In this document: in pieces, positions 50,424 to 62,400 of the stretch
Layout of the letters: each line of letters opens with the position of its first letter
How positions within the stretch are numbered: position 1 is the stretch's first letter
NCBI RefSeq assembly: GCF_002571385.2
Contig: NW_019218057.1
Coordinates: forward strand, 354,995-418,994
Direction: 5' to 3'
DNA length: 64,000 nt
From: Stylophora pistillata
Lineage: Eukaryota
Translations under genes and position numbers: made by a program
The notes under the pieces: model-generated
Told to the model about the DNA's origin: nothing
Seen by the model: the letters and a program-made list of their open reading frames with translations, nothing else
Databases searched by the model: none

Positions 50424-53400
50424 ATGGAGTGCAACTTTTTAGTTGTTTGCTTTATTTCCATGTTTACTTTTCTCTTGCCATCTCGTCCTGGTATGTACAA
50501 TATTTCTAACTTTTATAACTTTGAGCATAAAATTGCAGTATCGTGAAGAAAATTGTAATATCATGTAAACTTACTCCAAAGATTGTTACTCTAACGAACG
50601 TCACGTATAGATATTAAAGGGAAATCATCCAATCTCTCTACCTGTGGTTTCAGGGAAATCTTGAGGTCCATACGAAATGAAAGCAAAAATTCACAATCAC
50701 GTACATTTTAGGAGGCAAACCACGCCTCATGCTGGTTTATAAATTGACGAATCATGCTCGCTTTTCCGTAAAATTCCCGGGTCACATTAATTTCTGACAT
50801 AATCACACGTCGAGCATAAACCCATTGACACCGGTTACGAAATAAGTCGTAGTCATCAAGTCACCTAGAGCAATTGATATTAGTATGTTGTAGAAAACTT
50901 ATTTTCACTTTTAACTTGGGAAGATGAAGAAAGTGTGTTGTATGACCCATCTACGTAACATCTTCTGGCGGCTTGTTGGCGTCATCAACAAGAAACTGTA
51001 GAGGTCAATCCATAACTTTAAGCACAGTAAGATTAATCAAGTGATCATTTAATAATAGCACACTGAGTTAATCTCAGAATTAAAGCACGCGAAAACTCAC
51101 CGTACCGGCAGGTTAACTTTAAACCAAAGTGGAACATTTTCATTCAAGTAAAAATCTATTGGGCAGTGAAAAATAACTTCAATTGCGTTAATGTTTTGTG
51201 GTCTGGATTTCAACATTTTGCCCCGGACGAAATATAATAAGCTTAATATCAGCTTACGTCTACGTCGCCGAGACTTCTCACAGGAAACATCATTTTTAAG
51301 TTACTGCTCTTCTCTTCTTCAAACACAAGACTTTTAAGGTGGCTGGTACTAGTTTTCATCTTTTTGATGGCTTGTCACTTTGAAGAATACAACAAAAAGA
51401 CTGACCGAAGCCAATTGGACACTTCTACTGGGTTGAATTATATAATCATTGGTTATCCAAAAACAGGAGTCATTTCGTCACTAGCAGTTTCCATGGCAAC
51501 GCTTTCAAAGGATTCTTCAAACGTATTTTTTAGCTTATGGCTCAAATAATTTGAAAACTAACTCAGTGACCCCATGAATTTTCTTAGTGATTGCTTTCGT
51601 CACTTGAAAAAGAAAATGCACAAAGATTTAAAAAAATTATACGGAGCGGAATTTCAGAAAATCTAGAAAAAGGCAATTTTCACGCATCGCAAATGTCGTT
51701 CCTATAATTTTCTAGGTTTTTTTTCTGACGATTCCTTTCAACGTTATTATCATATTGGAAAAATAAAAAGAAGGGGTCACTGGACTTGTTTTCATGCAAT
51801 AGCTTTCGTGAGTTTAGCAATTCCCACGCGCATTCTGGCGCATTTTAAAATCTGGATTCTATAAGATGGACATGTGCTCATGATCTGTTATAGCTACCGC
51901 TGACTATCGCGTGTGTTCGCGCGAGCACCTACGATCTGATGTTTACAGACGTTTATTGCTAGGAAAATAATTCAATAGCCGTCAAAGACCTACTCACAAG
52001 TTCTGGCTATAATATTTCATTTCCCTTTAAGTTTCACAGTCTTCTTGCACTTCAGGCAGATTATCCTTCCCTTTTTTAGTTCTTTTTTCGCCGTCGCAAG
52101 ATTGCATATCGGTTGGATGTTTCGTTTAGATACGAAGCAACCTTTATGTCTCCGAGATTCTTCTTCTTTATCTTCGTTTCTGTCTCCTGCATACACAATG
52201 GCCGTTCAACACATCAAATACACGCTGTTAGGTAAACTTATTTCAAAAGTAGAAAATAGCTTTCCGCCGCCATCTTTGTTTTGAATTTTCGTCTTTTAAC
52301 TGATCTCGCGCTTCTTTCGCAAGTTTCTCTCACGCGTGAAGCAAGAGTGTCCTGTTCCCCGCGCGAGGAATCTAGTACAAGCCACCTTAGGATGTCATTT
52401 TATTTCCTTGACATTGTAAGAGTATTTCTTTAGAAATCACTCCCTAAATCTACCATTAGTAACCTCTGCATACATCACACAGTTTGATTAGTTTGGTATT
52501 TTTGTTGGCTTGCAAATCTATTTGTGTTGTCTACATTATTTGTAGACAAGAACTGAGCGTTTTCACCTGTCCACGCCAAAAACGGAATAAGGTTCCACTG
52601 TTGAACCCTTTATTAAACGTCATTGCTATAGTTGAGTACGCAGAATCATATTCTACTATCTAGAGTGCTATCAAAATTTTATGTTTTAACGGCTAACGTT
52701 TTTCTTTTTAATGAAAGTTGTAATGTCTGTTTGGTTAAATGTACATGTAGCATGCAGGTCAGCATGGAGCTGGCAGGGGCATTTGGGTGACTTTGAGAGT
52801 AAGATTACTCCCTTTTCTCTCACAGTGTCCTACTCAACTCAGCAGTCTAAAGGGTTCCTAATTAGCTTTTAAGGAACCTGAAAAAGTATCGGTTATCCAC
52901 ATATTGAGGTCGATTGGAAAATTCCCGACAATCGGCAATGTCACTGTTTCCCGCCTGCTTTAGATTTTACCAATATATCGGGAGATCGACATATGTCTTT
53001 CCCAGATTATTTTACACGCCATTTTATTCAATACGCTTGGGTATTGTACTTAGCAAGTGGCTAAAGGACCAGCACGCTAGAGTTACAACTACTGATTTGT
53101 ACCTTACATGTCCCAAACGGTGAAAATAGAGGTTTTTATATATCTTGAATAATCGCCCGTCATCGCAGAAATCTGGCACGTGCTAGGAAAATAGAAACAT
53201 TCCTGATTTTCCCAATTTGTCGCTGACCATCCCAGACAGTCGGGAAATCTCTAAAATTTTGAGTTTTCATTTCTCAAAAAGGCCTGGCACCGTGGGGAAA
53301 CAGTCAAATCCCTGATTGTCCCGGGATTTTCCCGTCATGTGAAAACCAGGCTTAAAGCTTCATCTTGGCAATGTTTACTTTGCTGTAGGTGTGGAGGCCT

Positions 53401-56400
53401 TAAAGTTTCTCAATCCTCCATCCCAAGTGTTAAGTGGATTCATAGGTATGAACATTGATGTCAACTGTTCAACGAATGACCCATATGCAACAGTTCAGCT
53501 TTTCCACTCAAGAGACTTTGTAACATATACTGAAAGGACTTTGTCTCCTGAGAAACTTCACCTAAACAAACAAGTTTTCACATTGTTAAACCTTGGTGTA
53601 AAGGATTCTGGACAATATAAGTGTAAAGCAACAGATGGACAACAAACCATTGAATGGCCAAGCTCTCATGGATTCCTCTTCCTTTCTCAAGGTAGGTGGA
53701 ACACAAATACATCTTATGTTATGTATTATTTTGCAATTCTAAACCTAGCCGGCAGTATATTAGAAACTTAAGTGCAGAGTTCATTAGTGTTTCATCGTAA
53801 ATCATCCTTTTCAATTTCTTTAATGGCCATACAGGAGTTTCTCTTTCCCCAGAAAACCTTTATCGAGTTTAAGGAAAAAGGTGTCAAAAGGATATAACAT
53901 TATGTATTACATGCTATTTCTGTTTGAGTTCACTCCATATTCCCAAAACCTATCTTTTAAGAAATGCTTTTAGAAAACAGTTTGGTGAGTTCAAATTAGA
54001 TCTTTGGTGTATACAGGCTAATTTTCCGGTGAGATTGCATGAAATTCATGAGGTTGCTAAGATTAAAATGCTATGTGATTTGTAAGAGTTATCAATTAAT
54101 AAAATAATTTTATCTAAATGAAGTTTACGTATGATGCACGATCCTCGCAGTAGATAGCGCTATTTATGCAATAGCGAAAATCAGAACTGAAAAAAAACAG
54201 GCCTGTACGGGACTCGAACCACTGACCTCTGCGATACTAGTGCAGCGCTCTACCAATTGAGCTAACAAGCCAACTGGGAGCAGGCCGTTAAGTTGATTCG
54301 TAATAAACCCGTGAAAGTGATAAATGAGACAATGAATATATGAAGTTCATATATTTTGAACTGCGGTATTAGATACGTATGATGCACCGTACAGGCCTGA
54401 TTTTTTTCAGGTCTGATTTTCGCTATTGCATAAATAGCGCTGTCTACTGCGAGGATCGTGCATCATACGTATCTAATACCGCAGTTCAAAATATATGAAC
54501 TTCATATATTCATTGTATCTCATAAATGAAGTTTATAGTAAACAACACATTTAACTGAAAAGGTCACTGGGGTAGACAGTTTTGACAATGTTGATGAACA
54601 TGTCATTTAAAAGTGCTGTGTTTTCTTACAGGAAAACTGCCAGATATTATATTTGATCCACCAAGACCAATCACTGTACAGCAAGGTCAAACTGGAAATG
54701 TCACATGTCAAACTGTTGGTTGGTCAGTCAGCAAACTGCTTTGGAAAAAGCGAAGTAACTCTGGTGACCAAACTGTTCCAGACAGCAAGGTTGTACATGT
54801 TATAGATAAAACTGAAAACATGGTAAAAGCAGTCCTTACCATCACTAATGCTCAAACTCAAGATAGCGGTGAATATAAATGTGTGCTGTCGGCTTTCAAC
54901 AAACAGGATTATAAGATTGCCAATATACGTGTGGATGGTAAGCTGTGAACTATTTTTATAAAGCAGCATTACGTAGCATTCTTATTAAGCCACTAACTTT
55001 GTATTCCGCGTGAAGCCATTACTATAGTTGAGTACACAGAATCATATTCTACTCTCTAGAGCGTTATCAAAGTTTTATGTTTAAATGGTTAACTTTTCTC
55101 TTTTTAATGAAGGTTGTAATGTCTACTTGGATAAATGTACATGTAGCATGCTGGTCAGCATGGTGCTGGCAGGGGCATTTGGTTGAGTTTGAGAGAAAGA
55201 TTACACCCTTTTCTATCACAGTGTCCTACTCCACTCAGCGGTCTAAAGGGCTCCTGGTTAGCTTTTAAGGAACCTGAAAAAATATTCGTTATCCACATAG
55301 TAATGTCGATTGGAAAATTCCCGACAATAGGCAATGTTACTGTTTCCCACCTGTCTCAGATTTTGCCTATATATCGGGAGAACAACAGATGTCTTTCCCA
55401 GATTATTCCACACGCTATTTTTCATTCAAAAGTCAGGGGTACGCTAATAAGCAACTAGCAGTAGGACTGGTAAGCTGGAGCCGGAGGAACAATGGGCACA
55501 GTGGACCAGTGGCACAATGAGTACAAGGACCAGTGGAACAGTGGAGAGAGAGGATCACAGGAACAGTAGGCACAGAGGACCGGTGGAACAGTGGGTAGAG
55601 AGGACCAGTGGGCACAGAGGACCAGAGGAACAGTGGGAAAATAGGACCAGAGGAACAGTGGGCACAGAAGACCAGAGGAACAGTGGGTACAGAGATTCAG
55701 ACTGTTCCTCTGGTCTACTGTACCCACTGGTCCTCTTTTCCCACTGTTCCTCTGGTCCTCTGTACCCACTGTTCCTCTGATCCTCAGTGTCCACTGTTCC
55801 TCAGTGTCCACTGTTCCTCTGGTCCTCTGTACTTACTGTTCCTTTGTTCCCACTGTTTCTCGGGTCCTCTCTGCCCACTGTTCCTCTGTGCCCACTTGTC
55901 CTCTGAACCCACTGTTCCTCTGTGGCCACTGGTCCTCTGAGCCCACCGTTCCTCTGGTCCTCTATACCCACTGTTCCACTGGTCCTCTGTACCCATTGTG
56001 CCACTGGTCCGCTGTGGCCACTGTTCCTCTGGTCCCCTGTGCCCACTGTTCACTGATCCTCTCTTCTTACTTTTCCACTGTACCACTGGTCCTCTGTATC
56101 CACTATTCCACTAGTTCTCTGTACCCACTCACTTTACCCTTCTGCTACATCTATATGTTAATTATTAGATATTTCAGAACCCAGTATATGAGAGACTACC
56201 CAATATATCTCGAATAATCGCCCTTCATCGCATAAGTCTGGGACGTGCTGGGAAAATAGAAACATTCCTGATTTTCCCAATTTGTCGCTGAACATCCCCA
56301 GACAGTTGGGGATCTGTACAATCTTGAGTTTTCATTTGCCAGAAAAGTCTGGCACTGTGGGGGAACAGTCAAATCACTGATTGTCTGGGATTTTCCCGTC

Positions 56401-59400
56401 ATGTGAAAACCAGGCTTAAAGCTTCATCTTGGCAATGTTTACTTTGCTGTAGGTGTGGAGGCCTTTAAGTTTCTCAATACTCCATCCCAAGTGTTAAGTG
56501 GATTCCTAGGCATGAACATTGATTTCAACTGTTCAACGAATGACCCATATGCAACAGTTCAGCTTTTCCACTCAAAAGACTTTGCAACATATACTGAAAG
56601 GACTTTGTCTCCTGAGAAACTTCACCTAAACAAACAAGTTTTTACACTGTTAAACCTTGATGTAAAGGATGCTGGACAATATAAGTGTAAAGCAACAGAT
56701 GGACAACAAACCATTGAATGGCCAAGCTCTCATGGATTCCTCTTCCTTTCTCAAGGTAGGTGGAACACAAATACATCTTATGTTATGTATTATTTGATTT
56801 ATCATCTACGGGTTTATGTCGAATTAATTTGATGGCCTGCTCCCAGTTGGCTTGTTAGCTCAATTGGTAGAGCGCTGCACTAGTATCGCAGAGGTCAGTG
56901 GTTCGAATCCCGTACAGGCCTGAAATTTTTTTCAGGTCTGATTTTCACTATTGCTCAAATAGTGCTTTACTGCGAAGGATCGTGCACATATACGTTTCAT
57001 AACCGCAGTTCATACATATGTTTCATATGTTTGTTGTTGTTTGATTTATCATCTACGGGTTTATGTCGAATTAATTTGATGGCCTGCTCCCAGTTGGCTT
57101 GTTAGCTCAATTGGTAGAGCGCTGCACTAGTATCGCAGAGGTCAGTGGTTCGAATCCCGTACAGGCCTGAAATTTTTTTCAGGTCTGATTTTCACTATTG
57201 CTCAAATAGTGCTTTACTGCGAAGGATCGTGCACATATACGTTTCATAACCGCAGTTCATACATATGTTTCATATGTTTGTTGTTGTTTGATTTATCATC
57301 TACGGGTTTATGTCGAATTAATTTGATGGCCTGCTCCCAGTTGGCTTGTTAGCTCAATTGGTAGAGCGCTGCACTAGTATCGCAGAGGTCAGTGGTTCGA
57401 ATCCCGTACAGGCCTGAAATTTTTTTCAGGTCTGATTTTCACTATTGCTCAAATAGTGCTTTACTGCGAAGGATCGTGCACATATACGTTTCATAACCGC
57501 AGTTCATACATATGTTTCATATGTTTGTTGTTGTTTGATTTATCATCTACGGGTTTATGTCGAATTAATTTGATGGCCTGCTCCCAGTTGGCTTGTTAGC
57601 TCAATTGGTAGAGCGCTGCACTAGTATCGCAGAGGTCAGTGGTTCGAATCCCGTACAGGCCTGAAATTTTTTTCAGGTCTGATTTTCACTATTGCTCAAA
57701 TAGTGCTTTACTGCGAAGGATCGTGCACATATACGTTTCATAACCGCAGTTCATACATATGTTTCATATGTTTGTTGTTGTTTGATTTATCATCTACGGG
57801 TTTATGTCGAATTAATTTGATGGCCTGCTCCCAGTTGGCTTGTTAGCTCAATTGGTAGAGCGCTGCACTAGTATCGCAGAGGTCAGTGGTTCGAATCCCG
57901 TACAGGCCTGAAATTTTTTTCAGGTCTGATTTTCACTATTGCTCAAATAGTGCTTTACTGCGAAGGATCGTGCACATATACGTTTCATAACCGCAGTTCA
58001 TACATATGTTTCATATGTTTGTTGTTGTTTGATTTATCATCTACGGGTTTATGTCGAATTAATTTGATGGCCTGCTCCCAGTTGGCTTGTTAGCTCAATT
58101 GGTAGAGCGCTGCACTAGTATCGCAGAGGTCAGTGGTTCGAATCCCGTACAGGCCTGAAATTTTTTTCAGGTCTGATTTTCACTATTGCTCAAATAGTGC
58201 TTTACTGCGAAGGATCGTGCACATATACCTTTCATAACCGCAGTTCATACATATGTTTCATATGTTTGTTGTTGTTTAACATATCTTATGTTATGTATTA
58301 TTTTGCAATTCTAAATCTAGCAGTATCCATTACAAACTTAAGTGCAGTATTCATTAGTGTTTCATCCTATAACCTTTTCAATGTCTGGAATGGCTATACA
58401 AGAGTTTCTCTTTCCTCAGAAAACTTTTTCCAGTTTGAGGATAAAGGTGTCAAAAGGAAATAGAATTATGCAGGTTATTTCTGTTTGACTTCAAACAATA
58501 TTGCGCACTTTCTGTGCTATGTCAAATCGTGTGGTGCGGATATTTTCGCAATTACTGAAACCTGGTTCACCGAAAGGGACTCAGCTCATAGAGCGGAGGT
58601 GACTCCGTCAGGCTTCGTGTTATATGATCACGCGAGATCTGGAAGCTCCGGGGATTGTACAGCCTTATTGTGCCGTGACAGTATTAGCGTGACGAAAATC
58701 GCGGCCGGCGAGAAAAAGTCATTCGAGTTCTCTGAGTGGATAATTCTTGGTCGGGGCTCTCGGAAAGTCCGCGTCATTGTTATGTATCGCCTGCAGTATT
58801 CTTCTTCTCGTCCTGTGACTGTTGAGTCAATCATTCTTTCCTCAGAGCCGTTGCTGATAATGGGCGACTTTAATATTCACGTAGATGTTGTCGGGGATCC
58901 TGTTTGCACGAGATTTCTTGATCTACTCGAAGTGATGGATCAGCTGCAGCATGTTACTACGCCAACTCACGAGTCGGGGCACACATTAGATCTAATTATC
59001 ACACGGCAATGCGGCGCCCTGGTCAAGGATCCACCTGTTAGAGATTGTCATAGATCTGATCACTGGTCTGTTACTTGTCTGCTCAATCTCGACAAGCCAA
59101 TAATCACCAGGAAGACGAAAACGTTCAGAAAGATTAAGAATATCGACACTGCTGCACTGCCTAATGAGCTTGCTGCTTTAGATTTGTGTAGTTACACTCC
59201 AGACGATCTCAACGATCTGGTGCACTGTTATAACACCACTCTTGCGTCTGCATTAGACCGTCATGCTCCACTTGTTACCAGATCTATACCAGTGCGTCCT
59301 CTGGTTCCTTGGTTTAACAACGATATTAAGGTAGTGAAAAAGGAGAGGCGTAAGGCAGAGAGAATATGGCGGCGCACTAGCCTCCTTTCTGATTTACGGA

Positions 59401-62400
59401 GTTATAAGGACTTGAGAAATAAAACTAACAACCTTATGACGGAGGCGCGCAGGACGTTTTACAGAGAACTCGTCGACGAGAACTGTGGCGACCAGAAGAG
59501 ATCATTCTCGGTAACAAAGCGATTGCTTGGTGGCGGTCGTGAAACTCAATTTCCACCTTTTAAGGATAAAGCTGCTCTTGCCAATAAGTTCGATGAATTT
59601 TTCACCCGGAAAATTGTCACTATTCAGGATAAACTCGATGAAATGTCAGTTGATGTGTAACCTCGTAACACTGAACCCCAGCCCGAAGGATCTTTGATTG
59701 AGCCAATGATCAGTTTCACCCAGCTCACTGAACATCAAGTAAGGAAATTGATTGAGACCGCGCCCAAGAAGTCGTGTGCGATTGATCCTATACCAACTCC
59801 CCTTCTTGTTGCCTGTATTGACACTCTGCTCCCTGTTATAACCAAGATCATTAATCTTTCACTGCAGAATGGTATAATTGCTGACCAGTGGAAATGTGCC
59901 TTGGTCCATCCCCTGTTGAAGAAGCTCCATCGGACTGGAACCGATTTTTCAGAATTTCAGACCAGTCAGTAATCTACAATATATTTCCAAACTTACAGAA
60001 AAGGTTGTGTTCATACAGACGCATGGTCAGATGCTCACCAATAACATCTATCCAGAGGTGCAGTCGTCTTATCGTGTACACCATAGCACAGAGACGGCCT
60101 TGCTCAAAGTTATGAATGATGTTCTTTTGAAAATGAACTCGCAACACGTGTCTCTGTTGATCCTTTTGGATCTTAGTGCGGCGTTTGACACGGTTGATCA
60201 TTTCATCTTGCTAGATCGGCTTACCAAGGTTGTTGGCTTGCAGGGTAAAGCGCATGACTGGCTCCGCTCGTACCTGTCTGGTCGGAGTCAACGAGTTGCA
60301 ATTGATGGATCGATGTCAAGGGAATTTTCTCTGGACTGCGGTGTTCCCCAGGGTTCCTGCCTGGGTCCACTGTTGTTCGTTATTTACACCACTTCCCTCT
60401 TTAAGGTCATTGAACGTCACCTTCCTCAAGCCCACTGCTACGCCAATGACACCCACCTCTACCTCAGTTTCAGGCCGTGTTTCAACATGTAGGAAGCGAA
60501 TGAGAGTGTAGAAGTGTATTTATTTAAATCACCAAATAAGGTAATGCCCAAATACGGCAAGTAGCACATGGCGTGTCACACAACATCGTAACAGGCCGGG
60601 AGATGATGATGCCCAGGATGTCGCGCACCGCGCTATGGAAGTATGCATTAAGGACATTCAAAAGTGGATGACTGATGGGCGGCTGCTACTTAACGACATG
60701 AAGACTGAGTTTCTTGCTATCGGAACTCGTCAGCAGTTAAGCAAACTTCGTTCTTCTAGCATAGAAGTTGGCAACCAGAAGATTGATCGTTCTCCCGGCG
60801 TTAGGAAGCTTGGCGTTACGTTAGACGAATCTCTCGGGATGAACAGCCATATTATCCAGATATGCAAGGCCTCCTTATATTACATTCATAACATTGGGCG
60901 TATACCGAAATACCTATCCAAGGAATGCAGACAATCATTAATCCATGCTTACGTAACTTCAAGGCTGGATTATTGCAATAGCATATTATATGGGTTACCC
61001 AAGTACCAGCTATCGAAATTACAACGCATACAGAATATGGCAGCCAGGCTTATAACGGACACAATGAAATTCGATCATATTAAGCCTGTACTATTCAACC
61101 TTAATTGGCTGCCAGTAAATTATCGTATTCAATTCAAGATCTTGATGAACACTTTTAAGGCGATTCATGGCATGGCTCCTAGTTATTTAGGTAACCTGAT
61201 CTGTATTAGATCATCGTCTAGATATTCGTTACGCAATAATAATACTATATTTTTAGACCGTCCAAAAGGGGTTATGCGCACAACTTTAGGTGCTCGCTCG
61301 TTTCCTGCCTCTGCGCCTGCGCTGTGGAACAGCTTGCCTGCGCATATCCGCACGATTGATTAGCTAGAGCTATTTAAGAAGTCTCTTAAGACTTATCTTT
61401 TTAAGCTAGCGTTTTACATTTGCACTACAATCTTATCAGTATTTTGTATTTATTTATTTACTTTTTATTCATTCATTCATTTATTGTAATTATTTATTGT
61501 AAATAGTATTTTTATTGTAATTATTTACTGTAAATGTTAATTCTCCTGCATTGTAAAGCGCCTTTGATCATCCTATAAGGTTAAAAGGCGCCATCTACGT
61601 AAAATTATTATTATTAATTATTATAACAAATAATCATATTAAACAACAACAAACATATGAAACATATGTGTGAACTGCGGTTATGAGACGTATATGAGCA
61701 CGATCCTTCGCAGTAAAGCACTATTTGAGCAATAGTGAAAATCAGACCTGAAAAAAATTTCAGGCCTGTACGGGATTCGAACCACTGACCTCTGCGATAC
61801 TAGTGCAGCGCTCTACCAATTGAGCTAACAAGCCAACTGGGAGCAGGCCATCAAATTAATTCGACATAAACCCGTAGATGATAAATCAAACAACAACAAA
61901 CATATGAAACATATGTATGAACTGCGGTTATGAAACGTATATGTGCACGATCCTTCGCAGTAAAGCACTATTTGAGCAATAGTGAAAGAATCATATTCTA
62001 CTCTCTGGAGCGTTATCACAGTGTTTTGTTTTAATTGCTGACTTTTATCTTTTGAATGAAAGCTATAATGTCCGCTTGCTTAGATATACATGTACCATAC
62101 TGGTCAGCGTGGAGCTGGCAGGGGCATTCGGTTGAGTTTGAGAGCCGGAAACGATTATACCCTTTTCTCTCACAGTGTCCTACCCCACTGACTCGGCAGT
62201 CTAAAGGGGTCCTAATTAGCTTTGATGGAACCTGAAAAAGCATTGGTTATTCACATAATAAGGTCGATAGGAAAGTTCCCGACAATCGGCAATGTCACTG
62301 TTTTCCGCCCGCCTTAGATTTCTCCTATATATATCGGGAGATCGACAGATGTCTTTCCCAGAGAATTCTACACACTATTTTTTATTCAAAACTCAGGGGT

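Noticed and set aside
52147-52231. Candidate signal-peptide exon (MSPRFFFFIFV..) for the plus-strand Ig gene
   Set aside because: Donor is phase 2 and the sequence lies inside a Kolobok element; 50424-50490 fits in phase and completes the cleavage site
55433-56217. Several overlapping ORFs
   Set aside because: Produced by the 25-bp minisatellite
56794-58277. Functional tRNA-Thr gene cluster
   Set aside because: Mispaired T-stem and anticodon stem, TSD-flanked intronic insertion, and dispersed inverted copies indicate a mobile repeat
56794-58277. CRISPR array, or a canonical hammerhead within the unit
   Set aside because: Units are identical with no variable spacers; no CUGANGA...GAAA core on either strand, and the partial minus-strand GAAACGTA match is not conserved in the sister subfamily
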